This document shows positions 1 through 8,178 of a stretch of 64,000 nt of DNA, piece after piece. The notes beneath the pieces were generated by a model. The model ran no database searches and was not told the origin of the DNA. It saw nothing but the letters and a program-made list of their open reading frames with translations. Each line of letters begins with the position of its first letter. Position 1 is the stretch's first letter. The stretch comes from Chloroflexota bacterium (lineage in GTDB: Bacteria; Chloroflexota; Limnocylindria; Limnocylindrales; CSP1-4), in the NCBI GenBank assembly GCA_005882635.1, contig VBFG01000047.1:5833-69832 (forward strand), read 5' to 3'. A program made the position numbers and the translations under genes.

Positions 1-39
1 TGCCTTGTCAACGACCAGGGCGGACGGTACCCTTCGATC

Positions 40-561
40 ATGCCGTCGGCTTCGATCTCAACGCCCGCCGCGCCCGGCGCCACCGAGACGCCGGGTATCG
101 GCGCCTGGCGCAGCTTCCTCGTCGCCCACGCGAGGATCACGCGGCGGCTCGACGATGAGCTCCAAGCGGCCCACGGCCTGTCGCTCGCCGAATACGACGC
201 GCTCCTCCAGATCGCGACCGCGCCCGGTCGGCGCGTCCGGATGAACGTCCTGGCCGAGCGGGTGATCCTGTCGCGCAGCGGGATCACCCGGCTGGTCGAC
301 CGCCTCGAGGCGCAGGGCTGCGTCGAGCGGATCGCCTGCGAGACGGACGCCCGCGGCCAGGAGGCTCGCCTCACATCGGTCGGTCTGGACCGGTTGCGGA
401 TGGCGGCCCGGACCCATCTCGACGGCGTCCGGCGCTATTTCCTCGACCGCCTGGGCGAGGCCGATCTGGCCGCGCTCGAGGTTGCGCTCGGTCGGGTCGG
501 CGAGCCGCCGTCCGGCGACGCTCGGCACGTCCATGAGGGGTGCCGGCCGGCCGAGGCCTGA
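40..561 (+). CDS. MarR-family winged-helix transcriptional regulator
   Basis: ORF 40..561. The translation has a MarR-type wHTH core (LSLAEYDALLQIA ... VRMNVLAERVILSRSGITRLVDRLEAQGCVERIACETDARGQEARLT). The true start may lie downstream of nt 40. Confidence 0.8.
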   Translation: MPSASISTPAAPGATETPGIGAWRSFLVAHARITRRLDDELQAAHGLSLAEYDALLQIATAPGRRVRMNVLAERVILSRSGITRLVDRLEAQGCVERIACETDARGQEARLTSVGLDRLRMAARTHLDGVRRYFLDRLGEADLAALEVALGRVGEPPSGDARHVHEGCRPAEA

Positions 562-569
562 GCGGCCGG

Positions 570-1298
570 ATGACCGGCCGCCTGAGGACGGGCACCAGCG
601 GCTTCGCCTATCCGGGATGGGCGCCGCGGTTCTACCCGCCGGGGGCCCGCGGCGAGGCGCTCCTCCGCTTCTACGGCTCCCGGCTCGGGACGGTCGAGCT
701 GAACAACACGTTCTATCGGCAGCCGAGCCCGTCCGCCGTCGACGGCTGGCTGGCGGCGACGCCGAGCGACTTCCGGTTCGCCGTCAAGGCTCAGCGCGGC
801 GGCTCCTTCCGGTCCCTCCAGGTCGACCCGACCGACAGCGTGCCGTGGCTGACGGGGCCGCTGCGACGGTTCGGCGAGCGACTGGGGACGGTGCTCTTCC
901 GCGTTCCGGACGGCGTCCGCCGGAGCGACGAGCGGCTGGCGGCCCTGCTCGCGGCGTGGCCCGTGGATCTCCCGATCGCGATGGAGTTCCAGGACCCGTC
1001 GTGGCACGTCGACGAGACCTTCGCGGCTCTGCGGGGCGCCGGTGCCGCCCTCGTCGCGACCGACCTTCCCGACGACCCGGAGCTGCCGACCATCCGGCGG
1101 ACCGGCCCGTTCCTGTACCTCCGCCTGCGGCGCGAGGATTACACGGCCGATGAGCTGCGCGCCTGGCTCGACCGCCTCGAGCCGTTCCTCGCCGACGGGC
1201 TCGACGCGTACGTATTCTTCCGCCACGACGAGGTTGGGCGAGGCGCGGAGCTGGCGCTCGAGCTGGCTGCCCTGGCGGCGGCCGGCGGCCTCGCCTGA
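570..1298 (+). CDS. DUF72 (YecE-like) family protein
   Basis: Frame of ORF 540..1298. The in-frame ATG at 570 avoids overlap with the MarR stop (559-561). Sequence GTSGFAYPGW...FYGSRLGTVELNNTFYRQP...FRFAVKA is typical of DUF72. Confidence 0.8.
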   Translation: MTGRLRTGTSGFAYPGWAPRFYPPGARGEALLRFYGSRLGTVELNNTFYRQPSPSAVDGWLAATPSDFRFAVKAQRGGSFRSLQVDPTDSVPWLTGPLRRFGERLGTVLFRVPDGVRRSDERLAALLAAWPVDLPIAMEFQDPSWHVDETFAALRGAGAALVATDLPDDPELPTIRRTGPFLYLRLRREDYTADELRAWLDRLEPFLADGLDAYVFFRHDEVGRGAELALELAALAAAGGLA

Positions 1299-1319
1299 GT
1301 CGCGCGCCATCCGCCGGCG

Positions 1320-1661
1320 TCAGCCGGGCCCGCGGGACCCTTCGGCCGGCCCGAACGCGACGAAGAGCGTCAGGTCCTCGGTGATCTCGTGGAACTGGTG
1401 CGGGACCGCCGCCGCGACGAACACGATGGACCCCGGGCCGACGTCGCGGACCTCGTCGCCCACCGTGACCTTGCCGCGCCCCGAGATCACGTAGTAGACC
1501 TCGTCCTCGGTGTGCGGCTGCTGACGATCGGGTTGGCCGGCGCCGAGGACGTACAGGCCGACCGACAGGTCGGCGACCGAGATGAACTCGAGGTAGGCCC
1601 GACCGCTCGCGTCGCGCCGGGCGACGAGATCGGCGAGCTCGAAGGCGTCCATGCCCGACAT
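1320..1661 (-). CDS. cupin-domain protein
   Basis: C-terminal 113 aa of ORF 1320..1856 (start at MSGMDAF, ATG 1661). Cupin motifs HTEDEVYYVISGRGKVTVG and PHQFHEI. The upstream part of the ORF is Arg/Pro-rich junk. Confidence 0.75.
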   Translation of the reverse strand: MSGMDAFELADLVARRDASGRAYLEFISVADLSVGLYVLGAGQPDRQQPHTEDEVYYVISGRGKVTVGDEVRDVGPGSIVFVAAAVPHQFHEITEDLTLFVAFGPAEGSRGPG

Positions 1662-1702
1662 CGTACGGAACCACAGCCCGGTGGCGACCGTAGGATTCCA
1701 CG

Positions 1703-2977
1703 ATGCGACCCATCGCGATCGTCGGCGCAGCCCTCCTCGTCGCGGCCTGCGGCTCGGCGGGGCCGAACGGCACCGCCGCTCCGGCCCGCTCGGGCGCGGC
1801 GAGCCCCGGGGGGCCCTCGGGCGGCGGTTCGGCGGCCTCCACGCCGCCCGCCTCATCCGCCTCGGCCTCGTCAGCGCCCGCCTTCGACCCGGCCGGCCTG
1901 ACGGTCGGCTTCGACGACGTCGTCATCGGCCTGGATCTGCCGCTCGCCGTCGTCAACGCGCACGACGGCTCCGGCCGCCTGTTCATCGCCGAGCAGGGTG
2001 GCCAGATCCGGATCGTCCGTGACGGTGCGCTCGTCGCCCGGCCGTTCCTGGACATCTCCGACCGGATCACCTCGGGTGGCGAGCGTGGGCTCCTGGGCCT
2101 CGCCTTCCATCCGAAATTCCCGACCGACCCGCGCTTCTTCGTCGACTACACCGACGTCAACGGCGACACGCGCGTCTCGTCGTTCGCCGTCGACCCGTCC
2201 CAGCCCGATCGCGCCGACCCCGCAAGCGAGCAGCGGCTGCTGTTCGTCAAGCAGCCCTTCGCCAACCACAACGGCGGAGCCGTCGTGTTCGGGCCGGATG
2301 GCTACCTGTACGTCTCTCTCGGCGACGGCGGGTCGGGCGGAGACCCGATGGGCAACGGCCAGTCCCTGAAGACGCTGCTCGGCAAGATCCTCCGGATCGA
2401 CATCGACCACCCCTCCGGCGACCGCGGCTATGGGATCCCGACCGACAACCCGTACGCCGACGGGTCCGGCGGCCGACAGCCGGAGATCTGGCTGACCGGT
2501 CTTCGGAATCCGTGGCGGATCAGCTTCGACCGGTCGACCCGCGATCTCTGGATCGGCGACGTGGGCCAGGGCGACTGGGAGGAGATCGACGTCCAGCGGG
2601 CGGACGTCCCCGGTGGCACGAACTTCGGCTGGAACCGGATGGAGGGCAACCACTGCTACCGGCCGTCGAACGGCTGCGAGGATCCGGCGCTGATCCTTCC
2701 CGTCACGGAATACGGCCACGACCAGGGCTGCACCGTCATCGGCGGCAACGTCTACCGCGGGTCGAGCCAGCCGGCGCTCGCCGGCGGCTACCTGTTTGCC
2801 GACTATTGCTCGGGCAACGTCTGGGCGATCGACCCGTCGACGAACGACTTCCGGAAGCCGACGCTCGTCGCCGAGACGAGCCACAACTTCGCCGCGTTCG
2901 GCGAAGACGAGGCCGGGGAGCTCTACGCCGTCGACATCGGGGGCGGGACGCTCCTCCGGGTGACGGCGAAGCGCTGA
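1703..2977 (+). CDS. PQQ-dependent sugar (glucose/sorbosone) dehydrogenase, predicted lipoprotein
   Basis: ORF 1703..2977. Lipobox signal MRPIAIVGAALLVAACGS. Beta-propeller sDH motifs GLLGLAFHP, HNGG, GDGGSGGDP, GLRNPWR, GDVGQ..WEE. Confidence 0.8.
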   Translation: MRPIAIVGAALLVAACGSAGPNGTAAPARSGAASPGGPSGGGSAASTPPASSASASSAPAFDPAGLTVGFDDVVIGLDLPLAVVNAHDGSGRLFIAEQGGQIRIVRDGALVARPFLDISDRITSGGERGLLGLAFHPKFPTDPRFFVDYTDVNGDTRVSSFAVDPSQPDRADPASEQRLLFVKQPFANHNGGAVVFGPDGYLYVSLGDGGSGGDPMGNGQSLKTLLGKILRIDIDHPSGDRGYGIPTDNPYADGSGGRQPEIWLTGLRNPWRISFDRSTRDLWIGDVGQGDWEEIDVQRADVPGGTNFGWNRMEGNHCYRPSNGCEDPALILPVTEYGHDQGCTVIGGNVYRGSSQPALAGGYLFADYCSGNVWAIDPSTNDFRKPTLVAETSHNFAAFGEDEAGELYAVDIGGGTLLRVTAKR

Positions 2978-3031
2978 GCCGCGAGACCCGCTGCGGCCGA
3001 GCGGCTACGGTCGAGCGCCTCGGCCGAGCGG

Positions 3032-3898
3032 CTACGGCCGGGCGGCGGCGGTCGTCGGCGCGGTCGGCGTCGGCCGGTGGACGGGTCGCAGGTAGAGGGC
3101 GAGCACCGTCACCAGGTAGGCGACGTGGGCGACGAGCGTGAGGATCGCCGGGGCGGCCGAATAGCCGAGGATCGCCCGCAGGAACGCGCCGACGCCGGTC
3201 TCGTCCGACAGCAGCGAGCGGATGTCGAACGCGGTCGCAGTCCACGGCCCCGACCCGAGCGCGCCGATCTCGATGAACTCGCCAATGCCGTGGCTCAGCA
3301 GCCCGGCGGCGATGAAGACGAGGGCGATCCCCGTCCAGCGGAAGAACGCCGCGAGGTTCAGCCGGCGGCTGCCCCGGTAGAAGCCGTACCCGATCAGCAC
3401 CGCGATGGCCAGCCCGACCACCGCTCCTACGAGGATCCACAGCGCCTCGGCCCGAGCCGACGTGGCCTGGCCGACCAGGAAGATCGAGGTCTCGAGACCC
3501 TCCCGGATCACCGCCATGAAGGCGAGGACGGCGAGGCCCCATGACGCGCCGGACGCCACGGCTCGGTCGACCGCCGCCTGGAGCTCGCCCTTGACCGACG
3601 CCGCCTGGCGGCGCATCCAGAACAGCATCCAGGTGACGACACCGGCGGCGACCAGGAGGGTGGTCCCCTCGAAGATCTGCTCGTACGGCTCCTCGAGGGC
3701 CCCGACCGACGTATAGATCGCGATCCCGACGACGAGGCTCAGCGCGGCGGCCGCGCCGGTCCCCAGCCAGATCCGGCCGGCCTGCCCGCCGTGGCCCGTC
3801 CGGGCCAGGTAGGCAAGCACGATGCTGACGATGAGGGCCGCTTCGACGCCCTCGCGCAGGCCGGTCAACAGGCCGGTGGTGAACGAGCCGAGATCCAC
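3032..3898 (-). CDS. FTR1/EfeU-family high-affinity iron permease
   Basis: ORF 3032..3898. Multi-TM protein with two REXXE-type motifs (REGVEAAL, REGLETSIF). Confidence 0.8.
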   Translation of the reverse strand: MDLGSFTTGLLTGLREGVEAALIVSIVLAYLARTGHGGQAGRIWLGTGAAAALSLVVGIAIYTSVGALEEPYEQIFEGTTLLVAAGVVTWMLFWMRRQAASVKGELQAAVDRAVASGASWGLAVLAFMAVIREGLETSIFLVGQATSARAEALWILVGAVVGLAIAVLIGYGFYRGSRRLNLAAFFRWTGIALVFIAAGLLSHGIGEFIEIGALGSGPWTATAFDIRSLLSDETGVGAFLRAILGYSAAPAILTLVAHVAYLVTVLALYLRPVHRPTPTAPTTAAARP

Positions 3899-4170
3899 GG
3901 ACAGTCCTCATGCTGGCCGGCGCGGCGCGGCGGCTGGTCGGAAAGGGCGCCGCGTCGGAGGCCGCCCGGAATGGTAGCGCGCCTTGTCCGAGTCCATCAA
4001 GCGCGCTTGAATGAGCAGTGCAGGCGAGCCTGAACGACGACGCCGCGTCGAGGTCGACGGTGCGGTCCGGCACCGTTCGCTCGGGACCATTCGACCTGCG
4101 TCACGGTTCTGCAAGGCAGCCGTGGGGCGAGGCAGTCGGGACGTGACGAGGCTGCGGCGATGCTCCGGTC

Positions 4171-6906
4171 GTGTACGAGGTCGAGGATCCCCCCTCCCTG
4201 TCCGAAAGCGCCCGACCGGCCGGTCGCGCGCAGCCGTCGGGTCGCCCGCGACCCGCGACTCGCCGGGCCGCCGTCCGTCTCGCGGCCGGCTACGCCGGCC
4301 ACGGGGTCGCCCATCGCCGGGCCGAGATCGGGCGCGACCGCCCGGTCCGCCGCGGCTCGAGCCGCGTCACCGCCGTCATCGTCGCCGCCCTCGCGACGTT
4401 CCTCATCGGCTCTCTGCTCCTCGCCGGGGTCGCCGCGGTCGGGACCGTCGCGGTCGTCTCGGCGCTGTCCCAGGGCCTGCCCGACCCGACGAACCTGGGG
4501 GCGCTGACCTTCGCCCAGCCGACGATCGTCTACGACCGGACCGGCAAGGTCGAGCTCGGGCGCTTCCAGCGCGAGCAGCGCCGCGTCGTGACCTTCGACG
4601 AGGTCCCCCATCTGATCATCGATACGACGACGACCGCCGAGGACCGGACCTTCTGGACGAACGACGGCTTCGATCCGGCGGCGATCATCGCCGCCGTCGC
4701 GGACAACGCATCGACCGGCAGCTCCCGCGGCGCCTCCACGATCACCCAGCAGCTCGTCCGGGCCCGACTCCTGCCGCAGGACGTCATCGCGCCCGGCGCG
4801 AACCGCTATGTCCGGAAGGCCAAGGAGCTGATCCAGTCGGCCCGCCTGACCGCGGCATATCCCGGCGAAACCGGCAAGCAATCGATCATGGCCGCCTACC
4901 TGAACGAGATCTTCTACGGCCACGACGCCTACGGGATCGCGGCGGCGGCCCGGATCTACTTCGGGGTGACGGACCTGTCCAAGCTGACGATCGCCCAGGC
5001 GGCGCTGCTCGCCGGCCTGCCGAAGGCGCCGTCGAGCTTCGACCCGTACCGCTACGCGGAGATGGGCGCCGACGGGAAGCTCGTCGTGCCGCCGACCGCG
5101 CCGCCGGTCGTCCGGCGCGACTGGATCCTCCAGAACCTGTCGACCTCCCGCTGGACCCGGCTCAGCCCGACCGACCTCCAGACCGCGCTGGCCGAACCGG
5201 TCGTCCTTCGCGGCGACGTGCCACTGTCCTACAAGGCGCCCCACTTCACCTGGCAGGTCCGCCGCCAGCTCGACCAGATCATCGGCTCGGACGCCGCCAT
5301 CGAGACCGGCGGCTACGCGGTCATCACCACGCTGGATTGGCGGGCTCAGCAGCTCGCCGAGAAATGGCTCGCCGCCGGGGCGATCGCGCCGAACCTGTCG
5401 AAGAAGAAATCGGCCGCGCTGCTCAAGAGCCTGAAGATCGGCGCCGGCGACCGGAGCTGGATCAACGCGCTCCGCGGCAAGGACCTCCACAACGGCGCGC
5501 TCGTCGCGCTCGACTACCGGACCGGCGACGTGCTCGCGTACGCCGGCAGCGCCGGCTACTACCGGGAGGACCTCGCGAACCGGAAGTTCGAGCCGAAGTA
5601 CGACGCCGCTGGCGACGGGGCCCGCCAGCCCGGATCGGCCTTCAAGCCGATCGTCTACGCGAGCGCGTTCGACGCCAAGCAGCTCACCCCCGGGAGCCTC
5701 CTCCTCGACATCGCGACGCCGTTCGGAAAGAGCTGGACGCCGAGGGACGCCGACCAGCTCGACCGGGGTCCGGTCCTCGTCCGCAAGGCGCTCCAGTACT
5801 CGCTCAACGTGGTCGCGATCCGCGCCCTCCAGCGCGTCGGCAGCCAGGCCGTCGCGGCCCGGGCGACGAAGTTCGGCATCCGCTTCACCGGCGGGACGAA
5901 GCTGTTCATGCAGGCCGGCCTCAGCGGAGCGATCGGGACGGTCGAGGTCCGACCGCTCGACCTGACCTCCGCGTACGGGGCGCTCGGCAACGGTGGCGTG
6001 CGGGTGCCGCCGCGGATGATCCTCGAGGTCCGCGATCCGACCGGCAAGGTCATCTACGAGGCCCCCCAGCCGAAGGCGACCCAGGCCGTGTCGCCTCAGG
6101 CCGCGTTCCTCGTCAGCGACATCCTCCAGGGCAACACGCTGCCGAAGCAGAACCCGATCTGGTCGGCCGCGCTGGAGATCCGCAACGGTCCCCACGGCGA
6201 GCACCGGCCGATCGCGGTCAAGACCGGAACCGCCAACGACGCGCGCGACCTCGCCACGTACGGCTATCTCGCCCCACCGAAGAACCCGAAGGCGCCGGCT
6301 CTCGCGGTCGGGCTGTGGATGGGCAACAGCGATCATTCCAACCCGCGATCGAAGAAGCCGGCGATCTCGCTGACCGCGGCCGCTCCTCTGTGGAGGGCGT
6401 TCGTCCGCGAGCTGACCGCGAAACAGCCGATCGCGACGTTCTCGCGACCGAAGGGCGTCGTCCACGCCACGATCGACGCGTGGACCGGCGGCAGGCCCGG
6501 GCCGTGGACGCGTGAGACCACGACGGAGTGGTTCATCGCCGGGACGCAGCCCGGCGCCCGGAACGCCATCGACCCGCCGGGGCTGCTCTACACCCGGGCC
6601 TGCGGCGGCTGGCGGGTCGACCCGGTCAAGGCCGAGCTCGGGCCGCGGTCGTGGGACGACGCCGTGTCGGCCTGGCTGGCCCACGCGCGGCGGGGCGTCG
6701 GGACGGCGAGCCAGTACGGCACCCGGGTGGCCTCTTTCTGGGGCCGGACGGGCTGGGGCGGAACGCTCCTCGGGCCGTGCGCGCCGAAGCCGAAGCCGAA
6801 GCCACCGGACGGAGGCGGCGACAAGGGCAAGGGTCACGGCGGCGGCGGTGGGGGTGACCCCGCGCCGTCACCCGAGCCGACCCCGGTTCCCACGCCCAAA
6901 CCGTGA
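4171..6906 (+). CDS. class A penicillin-binding protein (bifunctional transglycosylase/transpeptidase, PBP1A-type)
   Basis: ORF 4171..6906 (GTG start). N-terminal TM. GT51 motifs EDRTFWTNDGFD and GASTITQQL. Transpeptidase motifs SAFKP (SxxK), SLN, KTGT. Pro/Gly/Lys-rich C-terminal tail. Confidence 0.9.
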   Translation: MYEVEDPPSLSESARPAGRAQPSGRPRPATRRAAVRLAAGYAGHGVAHRRAEIGRDRPVRRGSSRVTAVIVAALATFLIGSLLLAGVAAVGTVAVVSALSQGLPDPTNLGALTFAQPTIVYDRTGKVELGRFQREQRRVVTFDEVPHLIIDTTTTAEDRTFWTNDGFDPAAIIAAVADNASTGSSRGASTITQQLVRARLLPQDVIAPGANRYVRKAKELIQSARLTAAYPGETGKQSIMAAYLNEIFYGHDAYGIAAAARIYFGVTDLSKLTIAQAALLAGLPKAPSSFDPYRYAEMGADGKLVVPPTAPPVVRRDWILQNLSTSRWTRLSPTDLQTALAEPVVLRGDVPLSYKAPHFTWQVRRQLDQIIGSDAAIETGGYAVITTLDWRAQQLAEKWLAAGAIAPNLSKKKSAALLKSLKIGAGDRSWINALRGKDLHNGALVALDYRTGDVLAYAGSAGYYREDLANRKFEPKYDAAGDGARQPGSAFKPIVYASAFDAKQLTPGSLLLDIATPFGKSWTPRDADQLDRGPVLVRKALQYSLNVVAIRALQRVGSQAVAARATKFGIRFTGGTKLFMQAGLSGAIGTVEVRPLDLTSAYGALGNGGVRVPPRMILEVRDPTGKVIYEAPQPKATQAVSPQAAFLVSDILQGNTLPKQNPIWSAALEIRNGPHGEHRPIAVKTGTANDARDLATYGYLAPPKNPKAPALAVGLWMGNSDHSNPRSKKPAISLTAAAPLWRAFVRELTAKQPIATFSRPKGVVHATIDAWTGGRPGPWTRETTTEWFIAGTQPGARNAIDPPGLLYTRACGGWRVDPVKAELGPRSWDDAVSAWLAHARRGVGTASQYGTRVASFWGRTGWGGTLLGPCAPKPKPKPPDGGGDKGKGHGGGGGGDPAPSPEPTPVPTPKP

Positions 6907-8120
6907 TCATCGACGGCGGCTTCGGCCGCTCGATCGCGCGCGGCGCCGGCCTCGCGTCCGGCGTCGCGATCGTGGCCGCGGTCGTCCTCGTCGGGATCGC
7001 CGCGATCAACGTCCTGGCGCTCGTCTTCGTGGCGGTGATCCTGGCCTCGGGCCTCCAGCCGTTCATCGCCTGGATCCGCGGCCACCTCCCGATCGGTCGC
7101 GGCCCGACGATCCTGCTCGTCTACGGCACGTTCCTCGCGGTCGTCGTCGCGATGGCGCTCGTCGTCGTCCCGGTTGCGATGGGCCAGCTCGGGCGGACGA
7201 TCGCATCGCTGCCGCCATTCTTCGAGCGGGCAAGCGCCTGGGCGAAGACGTTGCATCCGAGCGGGCTGGCCAACAGCCTCGGTGCGCTGATCGACGCCGC
7301 GGCGAACACCCTCCGCGTGCCCGACGGCGCCCCGGCCCCGAGCCAGGTCGTCCAGGTCGGGCTGACGGTCGCCCAGGTGATCACCTCGATCCTGACCCTG
7401 CTGACCGTCGTCTACTTCTGGCTGACCGAGCACGCCCGGCTCCAGCGGTACGTGCTCGCCTTCGTCCCACGGGAGCGACGGAAGCGAGCCCGGGCCGCGT
7501 GGAACGCGGCCGAGACCCGGCTCGGGATGTGGGTGCGCGGCGAGCTGATCCTGATGGGCACGATCGGGATCGGCACGGCGATCGCCTACACCGTACTCGG
7601 CGTGCCGGCAGGGATCCTGCTCGGTCTCGTCGCCGCCCTGGCTGAGGGGATCCCGATCGTCGGTCCGCTGCTCGGCGCGATCCCGGCCGTGCTCGTCGCG
7701 TCGACCGTCTCGCCACAGCTGGCGCTCACGGTCGTCGGGGTCTACTTCGTCCTCCAGCTCATCGAGGGAAACGTCCTGGTGCCGCTCGTGATGCGCAACA
7801 CAACGGGCATCTCGCCGTTCCTGGTGATCCTCAGCATCCTGATCGGCGGCGCCGCCGGCGGCTTCGTCGGCGCACTGCTGGCGGTCCCGATCGCGGCGGC
7901 CGGCGAGGTCCTGATCGAGGGTCTCCAGGCGCGCGAGGTGCCGGTCGCCCAGGACCCGAACGTGACCGAGACGACATCGGACGAAGGGAACGCCCCGGAC
8001 GAGCCCGACCGGTCGACCGCGCGACGACGAAGCCGGTCGACGGCCGCGTCCGCCCCGGCATCGGCGCCGGCGTCGGCGCCGATGCCGGGGCCGCGAGCCA
8101 CGGCGAGCCGGCCGAGCTGA
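6903..8120 (+). CDS. AI-2E (PerM/UPF0118) family transporter
   Basis: ORF 6903..8120. Polytopic membrane protein with AI-2E-like C-terminal core (GIPIVGPLLGAIPA...EGNVLVPLVM). GTG start overlaps the PBP stop (GTGA at 6903-6906). Confidence 0.8.
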   Translation: MIIDGGFGRSIARGAGLASGVAIVAAVVLVGIAAINVLALVFVAVILASGLQPFIAWIRGHLPIGRGPTILLVYGTFLAVVVAMALVVVPVAMGQLGRTIASLPPFFERASAWAKTLHPSGLANSLGALIDAAANTLRVPDGAPAPSQVVQVGLTVAQVITSILTLLTVVYFWLTEHARLQRYVLAFVPRERRKRARAAWNAAETRLGMWVRGELILMGTIGIGTAIAYTVLGVPAGILLGLVAALAEGIPIVGPLLGAIPAVLVASTVSPQLALTVVGVYFVLQLIEGNVLVPLVMRNTTGISPFLVILSILIGGAAGGFVGALLAVPIAAAGEVLIEGLQAREVPVAQDPNVTETTSDEGNAPDEPDRSTARRRSRSTAASAPASAPASAPMPGPRATASRPS

Positions 8121-8178
8121 TCGACGGCTGTCGGGCCCACCGGCCGATCTGCAAGGAATCTGCAACGCGCCGCGCCGG

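Noticed and set aside
2995-3037. 16-bp direct repeat GGCCGAGCGGCTACGG (2995-3010 and 3022-3037, 27-bp period) spanning the FTR1 stop codon.
   Set aside because: A single small tandem duplication of the gene's 3' end in a convergent intergenic region, with no further structure or copies. Probably a replication-slippage scar.
3997-6837. Very long antisense or out-of-frame ORFs. Examples: 3997..6837(-) 946 aa opposite the PBP; 4011..6515(+); 23736..25847(+) opposite aceE; 58402..60201(+) and 58550..59854(-) at the poly-HAMP kinase; 44129..46462(-); 47228..49441(+); 784..2070(-); 7831..9540(-).
   Set aside because: Their translations are Arg/Pro/Gly/Ala-rich with no recognisable motifs, which is typical of alternative frames in ~70% GC DNA. 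Each overlaps an ORF with clear family signatures and G/C-dominated third codon positions.
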